Shown here in pieces: positions 30,032 to 40,705 of a stretch of 64,000 bases of DNA. Within the stretch, counting starts at the first letter, position 1, and the number at the start of each line of letters is the position of its first letter. The notes under the pieces were generated by a model. It made no database searches. It worked only from the letters and a program-made list of their open reading frames with translations, and was not told where the DNA came from. This DNA is from Alphaproteobacteria bacterium (GTDB taxonomy: Bacteria; Pseudomonadota; Alphaproteobacteria; UBA828): contig CBDCCI010000002.1 of assembly GCA_965214705.1 (NCBI GenBank), forward strand, positions 1,664,001 through 1,728,000. Reading direction: 5' to 3'. The translations under genes were made by a program, and so were the position numbers.

Positions 30032-31273
30032 TCACGGTTTCCCCCTGTGGGTCGGCGGCAGCGCCGGCGGGCCGCGCGTCGAGCGGGGCTCATGGCGGCG
30101 GCGGATTTCGCGGACGAGGCGCATGACGCCGCCGCAGTGGGGGCAGGCCACGGGCGCGGTGCCGATCTCGGGCTCTTCGTCGGGCTCGGCCCGAGCGCCG
30201 TCCACGCTTCCCTCGGGGGCGGCGCAGCCGAGGGCGCCGAGAGCCTGGCGTGCTCTCTCCAGCGTGCTGGCGCGGCAGCCGTTGGCGAGGATGCCGAAGT
30301 AGCGAATGCGGTGCATGCCGTCCGGCAGGACGTGCCTCAGGAAGCGGCGGATGAACTCGTCGGCGCTCACGGTGGCGATGCCGTAGCGCGGCTTTCTCTG
30401 CCCCGGCGCCTTGGGCTTTCGGTGGCGGAAGGAGACCGTCTCGCCGTCGAAGGAGACGATGCGGCTGTCGGAGATGGCGATCCTGTGCGTGTAGTGCGAG
30501 AGGTACCGGAAGACCTGCTCAGGCCCGCGGAAGGGCCGCTTGGCGTAGACCACCCAGTCCCTGGCCCGGGCGGCGGCAAGCGTGGCGTGGAACTCGCCGG
30601 GATTGGCGAGGTGGGCGAGGGTGCCGTGGAACTCCAGGTCCCCCCGGCCGTGGGCGCGGGCGAGCTCCTCGAGGAAGAGGCGGCGGAACAGGCTGCCGAG
30701 GACCTTGACGGGGGCGAGGAAGGTGGTGCTCCCCGTCTTCCACTCGCCACTGTCTACGTCGAAGCCCGCGTTGGGCACGACCACGTGCAGGTGCGGGTGG
30801 AAGCGGAGCTTCTGATCCCAGGTATGGAGGACCGCGGTGCCGCCGATGCGCATGCCGCCGTGGCGGGGATCGGCGGCGATGGTGCGCAGGGTCTCGGCGA
30901 CGGCCCGGAAGAGGATGTCGAACACCACCCTGCGGTTGCAGAAGGCAATGGCGGCAACCTCCTTGGGCAGGGTGAAGACCACATGGAAGTAGGGCACCGG
31001 CAGGATGTCCCCGGCGCGCTCCTCGCTCCAGAGGTTGGCGGCGAGACCCTGGCAGGTGGGGCAGTGGCGGTTGCGGCAGGAGTTGGAGAGCGGATGCTCG
31101 CGCCCGCAGCCCTCGCAGGCGTACATGTGGCCGCCGAGCACGGCGGTGCGGCACGCCTCGATGGCGCCCATGACCTTGAGCCGGGCGGCGTCGATGCGCC
31201 CTTTGTGGCGCTCACGGAAAGCGGCGCCGGCGCGGCGGAAGATCTCCGCCACGCCCGCGCGTTCGGCCTCCAC
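30032..31273 (-). CDS. IS91 family Y2 HUH transposase
   Basis: CEGC/CRNRHCPTC Zn domain, HPHLHVV (HUH), YLSHY (YxxxY), C-terminal CPHC; F>S variant relative to copy 2. Confidence 0.93.
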   Translation of the reverse strand: MEAERAGVAEIFRRAGAAFRERHKGRIDAARLKVMGAIEACRTAVLGGHMYACEGCGREHPLSNSCRNRHCPTCQGLAANLWSEERAGDILPVPYFHVVFTLPKEVAAIAFCNRRVVFDILFRAVAETLRTIAADPRHGGMRIGGTAVLHTWDQKLRFHPHLHVVVPNAGFDVDSGEWKTGSTTFLAPVKVLGSLFRRLFLEELARAHGRGDLEFHGTLAHLANPGEFHATLAAARARDWVVYAKRPFRGPEQVFRYLSHYTHRIAISDSRIVSFDGETVSFRHRKPKAPGQRKPRYGIATVSADEFIRRFLRHVLPDGMHRIRYFGILANGCRASTLERARQALGALGCAAPEGSVDGARAEPDEEPEIGTAPVACPHCGGVMRLVREIRRRHEPRSTRGPPALPPTHRGKP

Positions 31274-31279
31274 GCGCCG

Positions 31280-32158
31280 TCAGTTGCGCAACGCTGCGAA
31301 GCCTGAGATCGGGTGGTCGAGGCCCTCGAACATCTTGCCGGTGACGCGGGCGTAGTGACGGGTCGTGTTCGCGCTTCGATGGCCGAGCATGTCCCGGATC
31401 ACCTCGATATCGCCGCCGCGCTCGAGGAGATGGGTCGCCGCCGAATGGCGCAGGCAATGGAAGGTGTAGCTGCGGTCGAGCTCGGCAATGTCGCGCGCCC
31501 TCCTGAAGGCGGCCTGCAAGGTCTCCGTTGCGATGGGCCTGTCGAGCGAGACGCCGTAGAAGAGCCAGCTCGTCGGACGCGGCCAGATGTTCCTGTAGTA
31601 GACGCGCAAGTAGTGGATGACGATGTCCGGCAACGGTGCCATTCTCTCGGTGCCGCCTTTGCCGGAGGGGATGTGCAGCAGCTTCTTCTCCGACAGGATG
31701 TCGCCGACCTTGATGGCCAAGGTCTCGGAGATGCGGAGCCCGCCGCCATAGCCGGTGACAATGGCAGCACGGTGGCGGAGGTCGGGTGTCGCAAGGATGA
31801 GGTGCTCGACCTCCTGCTCCGACATGTAGCGCGGCAGCTTGCCGGGCTTCTTGCGGGAGCGCAGGCCGGCGACATGGTCAGGCCAGCCGAGTGTGTCGAT
31901 GTAGAGGAAGTTCAGCGCGGCGAAGGAGACGTTGGTCGTGCCCGGACTGAGCCCCTTGTCGATCCGCCCCAGGTACCACTGGCGCACCTGCTCGGCGTCG
32001 AGCTCGTCCGGCGAGGCGTCGTAGTACCTGGCCAGGTTCTTGATCTCGCAGATGTAGGCCTTGGACGTGCTCGCGGCCAGATTGGCGATGCGGAGCTGCT
32101 CCTCCATGCGCTGGCGAAGAGGGGTGACGGTGTTCGTGTCGCACGCGGTCCCGGTCAT
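31280..32158 (-). CDS. Tyrosine recombinase (XerD-like), 292 aa
   Basis: GLRISE, GKGG, HCLRH, LGH, HY catalytic set; ATG with GGGAG RBS. Confidence 0.93.
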   Translation of the reverse strand: MTGTACDTNTVTPLRQRMEEQLRIANLAASTSKAYICEIKNLARYYDASPDELDAEQVRQWYLGRIDKGLSPGTTNVSFAALNFLYIDTLGWPDHVAGLRSRKKPGKLPRYMSEQEVEHLILATPDLRHRAAIVTGYGGGLRISETLAIKVGDILSEKKLLHIPSGKGGTERMAPLPDIVIHYLRVYYRNIWPRPTSWLFYGVSLDRPIATETLQAAFRRARDIAELDRSYTFHCLRHSAATHLLERGGDIEVIRDMLGHRSANTTRHYARVTGKMFEGLDHPISGFAALRN

Positions 32159-33389
32159 TATCGATCTCCCTGGATCGCGACGGCGCGCCGCCGGACCGAT
32201 CCGGCGACGGTCCGTCGCAGGGGTCGATGCTAACCACTGGTGATCGGGAGGCTGCTGGGGATCCGCCACCCGACGGGCGGAGCGCCACTGACGCAACCGG
32301 GAAGCGAACGCACAGAACAAACGGCACCCGCGACGCCTCGGAAATGAATGAACTCTACGCCGCTAACTCCGCGTAGCGGCTTCGTTCAAGCTCTGGACCG
32401 ATTCCACCATCCGGGGCCAGGTCAAGCGCGGCACCGGGCTGATCAACAACGAGCTCTATATCGGGCGCCTGGTCTGGAACCGGCTGCGCTACGTCAAGAA
32501 CCCGGAGACCGGCAAGCGGGTGTCGCGGATCAACCCGCGCGAGGAGTGGATCGTCACCAAGGTTCCCGAGCTCCGTATCGTTGACAATGCACTCGGGCAA
32601 GCGGTGAAACAGCGCCAGGAAGAGCTCACCGCGAAATACGCCACCGTCATCGAGGCCACGCGCACCGCGCGTGCCAATCGCCTGAACGGCACCCACCGCC
32701 CCCGGCATCTCCTCTCCGGCCTCCTGGAGTGCGGCGCCTGCGGCGGTCCCTATGCCATGCGCGGGCAGGACCGCTACGGCTGCTCCAACCACGTGATGAA
32801 CGGGAGCTGCTCGAACAGTCGGGGCATTCGCCGTGTAGAACTCGAGGGCCGCGTCCTGGTCGGTCTCAAGGATCACCTCATGGCGCCCGAGGCCGCGGAC
32901 GCAGCGGTGCGCCCTGGGCGGAGGAGACCAACCGGCTCAACCGCGAGCGCAGCGCCTCAAGCGAGGCGGAATGCAAGGAGCTCGTGGACATCGAGAAGAA
33001 GATCGAAGGCATCGTCGACGCCATCCAGGACGGCGCCTACAGCGCCGTACTTAAGGAACGGCTGCACAAGCTTGAAGCTCGAAAGGAGGAGCTGGCGAAA
33101 CGTCTCGCAACGGTTCCTCCCGAGATCCCGGACATCCACCCGAACGTTGCCGGCGTTTATCGCCGCAAGGTGGCCCGTCTCGCGAGCGCCCTCAGCAAGC
33201 CGGAGGAACGCGATGCAGCCGCGGCCGCAATCCGGGGATTGATCGACGGGATCGTGCTGACGCCCGGCGAAAAGCGCGGCGAACTCCAGGTCACGCTGCG
33301 CGGCGAGCTCGGCAAGATACTGGAGTGGACAGGAACCGGGGCCGAAAAGGAAAAGACCGACACGCCCGTCTCGGGAATGCCGGTCTCGG

Positions 33390-33465
33390 TGGTAGCGGGG
33401 GAGGGACTCGAACCCCCGACCCATGGATTATGATTCCACTGCTCTACCGACTGAGCTACCCCGCC
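33390..33465 (-). tRNA. tRNA-Met(CAT), elongator type
   Basis: 76-nt cloverleaf GGCGGGGTAGCTCAG...GTGGA-ATCATAA-TCCAT...TTCGAGT...ACCA. Confidence 0.96.
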
Positions 33466-33545
33466 CCAGGAGCCGGAAGCGCATCGCTATACGCAGCGCC
33501 CTCGCCGCCTGTCAAGCACACTGCAGAAAGGGCGCCCTCGGCTAG

Positions 33546-34374
33546 GGCCTGTTCACACTAATTGTGCGAATCGTGTTACCATTCTGGGATGGAGATCACG
33601 GAAGCTCAATACGCGCGCCTTGCCCCGTACCTTCCGGTGCAACGCGGCAACGTCAGGCTGTCGAACCTGCAGGTGCTGAACGCCATCCTCTACGTGGCCG
33701 AGCACGGCTGCAAGTGGCGCGGACTGCCGGCCCGCTTCGGCAACTGGCACACCATTTACATGCGTATGAACCGGTGGTCGAAGAACGGGGTGCTCGACCG
33801 GGTATTCGAGCAACTGCAGCGGGAGCAGATCGTGCGCATCAGGCTCGAGGCCGTGTCGCTGGACAGCACCATCATCAAGGTCCATCCCGACGGGACGGGG
33901 GCGCTAAAAAAAACGGACCCCAGTCGATCGGCAGGTCACGAGGCGGCTGGACCACCAAGCTTCATATGGTTGCCTCGGATGCCCGGACGGCCGTGACCTT
34001 CTCGCTCTCCCCCGGTCAGGCGCACGTCGCGCCGAAGGCGCGCGTATCCGCGCGACGCGCCGGAGGGGCGCAAACTGTTGCGCCGCCTCGGCCGCCAGCG
34101 CGCCAAGCCAGCGCTGGTGATGGATCGCGCCTACGAGGGCGACGAGACGCGCCAACTGGCGCTCGACCTCGGCTTCACACCCGTGGTTCCGCCGCTCAAG
34201 ACCCGGCGTGACCCCTGGCTATACGACCGGGAGATGTACAAGCGGCGCAACGAGATCGAGCGCCTGTTCAGAAGACTGAAGGGCGTCCGGCGCATCTTCT
34301 CCCGCTTCGAGAAACTCGATGCCCTGTTCCTCGGCTTCGTCCACTTCACACTCATCTACGATGCCCTGCGTTAA
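33546..34374 (+). mobile_element. IS5 family (IS427-like) element, defective
   Basis: Left end CTAG|GGCCTGTTCACACT; two-ORF transposase with A8 slippery site (~33906); extra internal duplication ~34021-34070; right end replaced by the next IS5. Confidence 0.85.
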
Positions 34375-35576
34375 GGAAGGTCTGATCAAGTCGGGTGTGC
34401 CATGATTTTCGTAGGAGTCGCGGATTGGATGATCGGGCCATGGCACAGGCAAGCTTTGCGGAACTGGAGCACGAGATGAAGAAGCGCCGGACGCGGCGCG
34501 AGCTGTTCCTTGAGAAGATGGACAAGCTGGTTCCGTGGGAGCGGCTGGAGCGACGGATCGAGCCGTTCTATCCGAAGGCGGGGCGCGGTCGGCGCCCGTA
34601 CCCGCTTGGGGTGATGCTGCGGGTTCACTGCGTGCAGTTGTTCTACAACCTGAGCGACCCTGGGATGGAGGACCTGCTCTACGAGGTGGAGTCGGTGAGG
34701 CGTTTCGTGGGGCTGCGCCTGACGGAGGCGCTGCCCGACGAGACCACCATCCTGAACTTCCGGCATCTGCTGGAGAGGCACGATCTGGGCGCGGGTCTGT
34801 TCGAGGAGATCAATGCGCACCTGGCGTCGCGCGGCCATCGGCTGCGCACGGGGACGATCGTTGGCGCGAGCATCATCGAGGCGCCGTCGTCGACGAAGAA
34901 CCGGCGCCGCGCACGGGACCCTGAGATGCGTCAGACGAAGAAGGGCAAGCAGTGGTATTTCGGGATGAAGGCGCACATCGGGGTGGACGCCGGGTCGGGT
35001 CTGGCGCACAGCGTGGTGACGACGGCGGCCAACGCAAGCGACGTGACGCAGGCGGGAGCGCTGCTGCATGGCGCTGAGACGACGGCGTGGGGCGACGCGG
35101 GCTACCAGGGGGTGGAGAAGCGGCCTGAGCACCGGGATGGCGGTGTCAAGTGGCGTGTGGCGATGAAGCCGGGGCGGCGCCGGCTGCTGGGCGAGGGCGG
35201 CGCCGAAGCGGCGGCGGAGACGCGCAAGGCGTCGGTGCGGGCGAAAGTGGAGCATCCGTTCCTGTATGTGAAGCGGCACTTCGGCTACGCCAAGGTGCGC
35301 TACCGGGGCGTGGCGAAGAACAGGCAGCGCATCGCGTTGCTACTGGGGTTCTCGAACCTGCTGATCGCCGGCCGCTACGCGACGCAATGACAGGGGAGCA
35401 GTCTGCCCGGCGCGGCCGGGACGGCGGCAAATGCCGCTGATCGACACGGATATCGCCCGCTCGCAACGCATCCCGTGGCAAAAGTAGCCGCCGGCCTGTC
35501 GAGAATATCGTCGAGCTTCAAATCCAAGCCCCCTCTCCCCCTCGAAGCCGCCAAGATGGGGTTGTTCAGACTTTCC
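34375..35576 (+). mobile_element. IS5 family (IS5 subgroup) element, copy 1; transposase 34440-35390
   Basis: TIR GGAAGGTCTGA / TCAGACTTTCC; WYFGMKAHIGVD, GDAGY, RAKVEHPF; first catalytic Asp reads Gly. Confidence 0.93.
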
Positions 35577-35579
35577 CTA

Positions 35580-36195
35580 GAGCACTATCCGATCAGACAC
35601 GGTCATATCCTGTAGCAGCGAAGTAGTTTTGGCACTCGGCGGGTGTGAAGGTGTCTGTGGCTTGGCCGATGGCGTCCCAGAGTTCCGGGACGGTGCGGGC
35701 GGCGCGTCGCTTGAGGTAGGCCTTGAACTTGGAGAAGGCCATCTCGATCGGGTTGAAGTCGGGTGAGTAGGGCGGCAGGAAGCGCAGCTCGGCCCCGGCC
35801 CTTTGGATAGCCTCTCGGGCGGCGGCACTTCGGTGGGCGGGAAGGTTGTCCATCACCACGATGTCGCCGGGTTTGAGGATGGGCACCAGCACCTTGTCTA
35901 CGTAGGCGAGGAAGGCGGCGCCGTGCATGGCGCCGTCGAGCACCATGGGCGCGGTCATTCCGCTCAGCCTCAGCGCGCCGACGAAGGTCGTGGTCTTCCA
36001 ATGGCCATGAGGCACCGGAGCGCGGCAGCGGTGTCCGCGCAAAGCTCGGCCTGAGCGCCGCGCCATTTTGGTGGAAGCACCGGTCTCATCCACGAAGACC
36101 AGCTTCTCAGGGTCGAGCCCGGGCTGGGCTTCGACCCAGGCGCGCCTGCGCCTGAGCACGTCAGCGCGTTGCTGCTCGCTGGCGTGCGCCGTTTT
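35580..36195 (-). pseudogene. IS630 element, 3' half (DDE ORF)
   Basis: [28 protein letters not shown]; cut at the (KK)TAHASEQ frameshift site. Confidence 0.9.
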
Positions 36196-36894
36196 GCCGT
36201 GAAAGTTTCTTCGGGACGGGCACGAGTAGGGGAATTACGACGAGGCGTCGCGTTGTCGGCGTGAGGCCGCGCTCGCGGTGCTTGGAGACGCGGTCGGACT
36301 TCGGGCTGCCCTGGATTGTGGCCCGGTGCCGACCGTGCTCCGACCAGGTAATGCTTCAGGCGGTCGCGGCCATGGCAGTTGGGATACGACCGGGCTCGAG
36401 CAAGCCGTGCCGGCGGAGCATGCGGATCCAGCGCGGGGCATTTCGCCTGACCATGAGGGCTTCGTAGTCGGCTTCCGGATCGTAGTAAGGCTTGGCGTCG
36501 CGCAACACGACGTAGAGGACCCGCAGCATCTTGTGCGCGGTGGCGACGATGGCCCGCTTGTAACCGCGTCGGATCATGAGAGCCTTGTGGTAGCCGCGGA
36601 ACTGGCAGCCATGGGTTCGCGCCGCGCCATGAGCGCATTCGACGAGCACGGCGCGCAGGGTCTTGCTGCCCATGCGTGTGCGGGCGGCACGGCGCTTTCC
36701 GGCGCTTTGGCTGTTGCCGGGACAGAGACCGGCCCATGCGGCAAGCCGATCAGTGGAGCCGAAGGCGTCGAGGTCGGGGCCGATCTCGGCGAGGATGGCG
36801 CAGGCCGAGGCCCGGTCGATCCCGGGGATGGTCTGGAGAAGCAGGATGCGGTCCTCCCAGGGCACGAAGCCATCGTCGATGGCCCGGTCGAACC
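36196..36894 (-). pseudogene. IS110/IS1111-type element, 3' remnant (C-terminus plus non-coding tail)
   Basis: LQTIPGI, AWAGLCPGNSQSAGK, KRAIVATAHKMLR; stop at 36356; truncated by IS4. Confidence 0.85.
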
Positions 36895-38153
36895 CATTGC
36901 TGTCCGGTTTAGATTTTGGCGAAGGGGATTTGGAGCTGGTCATGGGCTTGCGGTGTGTCAGGCGGTGGTTCGAAGAGGTCGGTGAGGGCCCGGCGTTGGA
37001 AGGTCGTCTTGGCGACGAGGCGGGCGATGGCCTGGAGGCCGAGCCCGGTTCCGGTTCCGATCTGCGCCAGCCGCAGCAGCAGGTAGGCGATCAGCGCGGT
37101 GACGATCTGGATGCGCACGGCATTTTCGCTGGTGCCGAGGAAGTGTCTGATCTTGAGGTTCTGCTTGATCCACTTGAAGAACAGCTCGACCTGCCAGCGC
37201 TGCTTGTAGAGCGCCGCGATCTCTTCGGCCGGGGCATTGAGGTCGTTGCTGACCAGCGTGATCTCCCTGCCGCTGTCGATGCGCACGTCGACCAGACGCA
37301 CCGGCTTGTCGAAGGGGTTCTTGCGGCTCGCCGCCAGGCGCTTCGACAGCAAGGCGACGCGGTCGGCCACGACCGGGCCGTCCGGCTTGACCGGGCGGGT
37401 CTCGATCAGGCTTGTGGGCGAGTTCTTCTTCAGGCGGGTGACGAAGCGGCTCCCCTTGGCGTCGATGTCTGCCCAGAAGGTGAAGTCGTAATAGCCTCTG
37501 TCGAAGACGTAAGTCGCGCCGGGCTCGATGGGGAGGCGCTTGGCCGGCGTGATGTCGTTGACCCTGGCCGAGGTCACGGCAAAGCAGACAGGCGCATCTG
37601 CGTCCGGGTCGTAGACCACGTGCAGCTTGACGGCACCGTCGGCCTCCCAGCTCTCGATCCGCTTGCCAACCAGGACCCGGGTCGCATCGACGAGGCGCAG
37701 CATCTCCCGCCCGCGCTGGCCCGCAGATGCGCCCAGCCGGGCGACCAGGGCTTCCAGCACGTCCTCGAACAGGGCCGCCGGACGTACCCGGTTGGCATCC
37801 GCGAGCGTAGACCGCCGCACCGGCGCCAGACCCAGATGGGCGTGGACGCCCGGAAAGCGTTCCAGCGCACCGACCGCCTCGCGCAAGGAGCGCGAGCCCG
37901 ACAGCTGGGCGAACACCATCGCCTGGAACTGGCTCCACGACGAAAGGCGCCGGACCCGGTAGTCCGCTCCGTGGCGCTCTGCCAGCTTGTCGAAGCGCCA
38001 GCGCGGAAACGCCTTCATCAGTTCGCCGAAAACCGTATCCTGGTAGGGCATGGCTTGGGCTCCATTGCGAGCTTCGATTCAACAGGTCTTGCAAAAACCA
38101 AGTTGAATCCAAGCCATGCACCTTGTCTACCCAAGCTAAACCGGACAGCAGTG
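36895..38153 (-). mobile_element. IS4 family element; transposase 36909-38051
   Basis: TIR CATTGCTGTCCGGTTTAG / CTAAACCGGACAGCAGTG; VDAT, VFDRGY, YKQRWQVELFFKWIKQ (YREK); flanks not duplicated. Confidence 0.93.
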
Positions 38154-38578
38154 ATCACCGGCCAAGAATGACGTGTAATTCGACAAGAGTGACTGATGTG
38201 CAGATAACGGCGCCAAACGACTGGGAGTATTGCGCGAACCTATCACCGGCGGGAGGGGCGCGTCCTTCGGTAGGCGTGATCGACGCAAGAAGCGGAACTG
38301 GGTGGCCGGGAGCGTTGCGCGAACCCATCACTGTCGTGGCTTGTTTCTTGAACGAAGCCGCTACGCGGAGTTAGCGGCGTAGAGTTCATTCATTTCCGAG
38401 GCGTCGCGGGTGCCGTTTGTTCTGTGCGTTCGCTTCCCGGTTGCGTCAGTGGCGCTCCGCCCGTCGGGTGGCGGATCCCCAGCAGCCTCCCGATCACCAG
38501 TGGTTAGCATCGACCCCTGCGACGGACCGTCGCCGGATCGGTCCGGCGGCGCGCCGTCGCGATCCAGGGAGATCGATA

Positions 38579-39457
38579 ATGACCGGGACCGCGTGCGACA
38601 CGAACACCGTCACCCCTCTTCGCCAGCGCATGGAGGAGCAGCTCCGCATCGCCAATCTGGCCGCGAGCACGTCCAAGGCCTACATCTGCGAGATCAAGAA
38701 CCTGGCCAGGTACTACGACGCCTCGCCGGACGAGCTCGACGCCGAGCAGGTGCGCCAGTGGTACCTGGGGCGGATCGACAAGGGGCTCAGTCCGGGCACG
38801 ACCAACGTCTCCTTCGCCGCGCTGAACTTCCTCTACATCGACACACTCGGCTGGCCTGACCATGTCGCCGGCCTGCGCTCCCGCAAGAAGCCCGGCAAGC
38901 TGCCGCGCTACATGTCGGAGCAGGAGGTCGAGCACCTCATCCTTGCGACACCCGACCTCCGCCACCGTGCTGCCATTGTCACCGGCTATGGCGGCGGGCT
39001 CCGCATCTCCGAGACCTTGGCCATCAAGGTCGGCGACATCCTGTCGGAGAAGAAGCTGCTGCACATCCCCTCCGGCAAAGGCGGCACCGAGAGAATGGCA
39101 CCGTTGCCGGACATCGTCATCCACTACTTGCGCGTCTACTACAGGAACATCTGGCCGCGTCCGACGAGCTGGCTCTTCTACGGCGTCTCGCTCGACAGGC
39201 CCATCGCAACGGAGACCTTGCAGGCCGCCTTCAGGAGGGCGCGCGACATTGCCGAGCTCGACCGCAGCTACACCTTCCATTGCCTGCGCCATTCGGCGGC
39301 GACCCATCTCCTCGAGCGCGGCGGCGATATCGAGGTGATCCGGGACATGCTCGGCCATCGAAGCGCGAACACGACCCGTCACTACGCCCGCGTCACCGGC
39401 AAGATGTTCGAGGGCCTCGACCACCCGATCTCAGGCTTCGCAGCGTTGCGCAACTGA
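38579..39457 (+). CDS. Tyrosine recombinase (XerD-like)
   Basis: R-K-H-R-H-Y set; same protein as copy 1. Confidence 0.93.
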   Translation: MTGTACDTNTVTPLRQRMEEQLRIANLAASTSKAYICEIKNLARYYDASPDELDAEQVRQWYLGRIDKGLSPGTTNVSFAALNFLYIDTLGWPDHVAGLRSRKKPGKLPRYMSEQEVEHLILATPDLRHRAAIVTGYGGGLRISETLAIKVGDILSEKKLLHIPSGKGGTERMAPLPDIVIHYLRVYYRNIWPRPTSWLFYGVSLDRPIATETLQAAFRRARDIAELDRSYTFHCLRHSAATHLLERGGDIEVIRDMLGHRSANTTRHYARVTGKMFEGLDHPISGFAALRN

Positions 39458-39463
39458 CGGCGC

Positions 39464-40705
39464 GTGGAGGCCGAACGCGCGGGCGTGGCGGAGATCTTCC
39501 GCCGCGCCGGCGCCGCTTTCCGTGAGCGCCACAAAGGGCGCATCGACGCCGCCCGGCTCAAGGTCATGGGCGCCATCGAGGCGTGCCGCACCGCCGTGCT
39601 CGGCGGCCACATGTACGCCTGCGAGGGCTGCGGGCGCGAGCATCCGCTCTTCAACTCCTGCCGCAACCGCCACTGCCCCACCTGCCAGGGTCTCGCCGCC
39701 AACCTCTGGAGCGAGGAGCGCGCCGGGGACATCCTGCCGGTGCCCTACTTCCATGTGGTCTTCACCCTGCCCAAGGAGGTTGCCGCCATTGCCTTCTGCA
39801 ACCGCAGGGTGGTGTTCGACATCCTCTTCCGGGCCGTCGCCGAGACCCTGCGCACCATCGCCGCCGATCCCCGCCACGGCGGCATGCGCATCGGCGGCAC
39901 CGCGGTCCTCCATACCTGGGATCAGAAGCTCCGCTTCCACCCGCACCTGCACGTGGTCGTGCCCAACGCGGGCTTCGACGTAGACAGTGGCGAGTGGAAG
40001 ACGGGGAGCACCACCTTCCTCGCCCCCGTCAAGGTCCTCGGCAGCCTGTTCCGCCGCCTCTTCCTCGAGGAGCTCGCCCGCGCCCACGGCCGGGGGGACC
40101 TGGAGTTCCACGGCACCCTCGCCCACCTCGCCAATCCCGGCGAGTTCCACGCCACGCTTGCCGCCGCCCGGGCCAGGGACTGGGTGGTCTACGCCAAGCG
40201 GCCCTTCCGCGGGCCTGAGCAGGTCTTCCGGTACCTCTCGCACTACACGCACAGGATCGCCATCTCCGACAGCCGCATCGTCTCCTTCGACGGCGAGACG
40301 GTCTCCTTCCGCCACCGAAAGCCCAAGGCGCCGGGGCAGAGAAAGCCGCGCTACGGCATCGCCACCGTGAGCGCCGACGAGTTCATCCGCCGCTTCCTGA
40401 GGCACGTCCTGCCGGACGGCATGCACCGCATTCGCTACTTCGGCATCCTCGCCAACGGCTGCCGCGCCAGCACGCTGGAGAGAGCACGCCAGGCTCTCGG
40501 CGCCCTCGGCTGCGCCGCCCCCGAGGGAAGCGTGGACGGCGCTCGGGCCGAGCCCGACGAAGAGCCCGAGATCGGCACCGCGCCCGTGGCCTGCCCCCAC
40601 TGCGGCGGCGTCATGCGCCTCGTCCGCGAAATCCGCCGCCGCCATGAGCCCCGCTCGACGCGCGGCCCGCCGGCGCTGCCGCCGACCCACAGGGGGAAAC
40701 CGTGA
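39464..40705 (+). CDS. IS91 family Y2 HUH transposase
   Basis: Zn-binding N-terminus, HUH, YxxxY. Confidence 0.93.
   Translation: MEAERAGVAEIFRRAGAAFRERHKGRIDAARLKVMGAIEACRTAVLGGHMYACEGCGREHPLFNSCRNRHCPTCQGLAANLWSEERAGDILPVPYFHVVFTLPKEVAAIAFCNRRVVFDILFRAVAETLRTIAADPRHGGMRIGGTAVLHTWDQKLRFHPHLHVVVPNAGFDVDSGEWKTGSTTFLAPVKVLGSLFRRLFLEELARAHGRGDLEFHGTLAHLANPGEFHATLAAARARDWVVYAKRPFRGPEQVFRYLSHYTHRIAISDSRIVSFDGETVSFRHRKPKAPGQRKPRYGIATVSADEFIRRFLRHVLPDGMHRIRYFGILANGCRASTLERARQALGALGCAAPEGSVDGARAEPDEEPEIGTAPVACPHCGGVMRLVREIRRRHEPRSTRGPPALPPTHRGKP

Larger units (their letters stand above)
29725..32390 (-). mobile_element. IS91-like two-gene element, copy 1 (2666 bp)
   Basis: Essentially identical to the copies at 38347, 48485 and 55651; CAAG (=CTTG) at both borders. 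Confidence 0.95.
29330..33433 (+). pseudogene. Large serine recombinase (island integrase), inactivated
   Basis: YA(R)YSSDLQ with 1-bp loss, EALDRMSRDQ, HLLSGLLECGACG Zn ribbon; split by IS91-like copy 1, second frameshift near 32912; 3' end overlaps tRNA-Met antisense. Confidence 0.92.

Noticed and set aside
38579-39457. Integron integrase with cassette array
   Set aside because: No IntI-specific insertion evident and no attC array; the gene is always inside the 2666-bp element.
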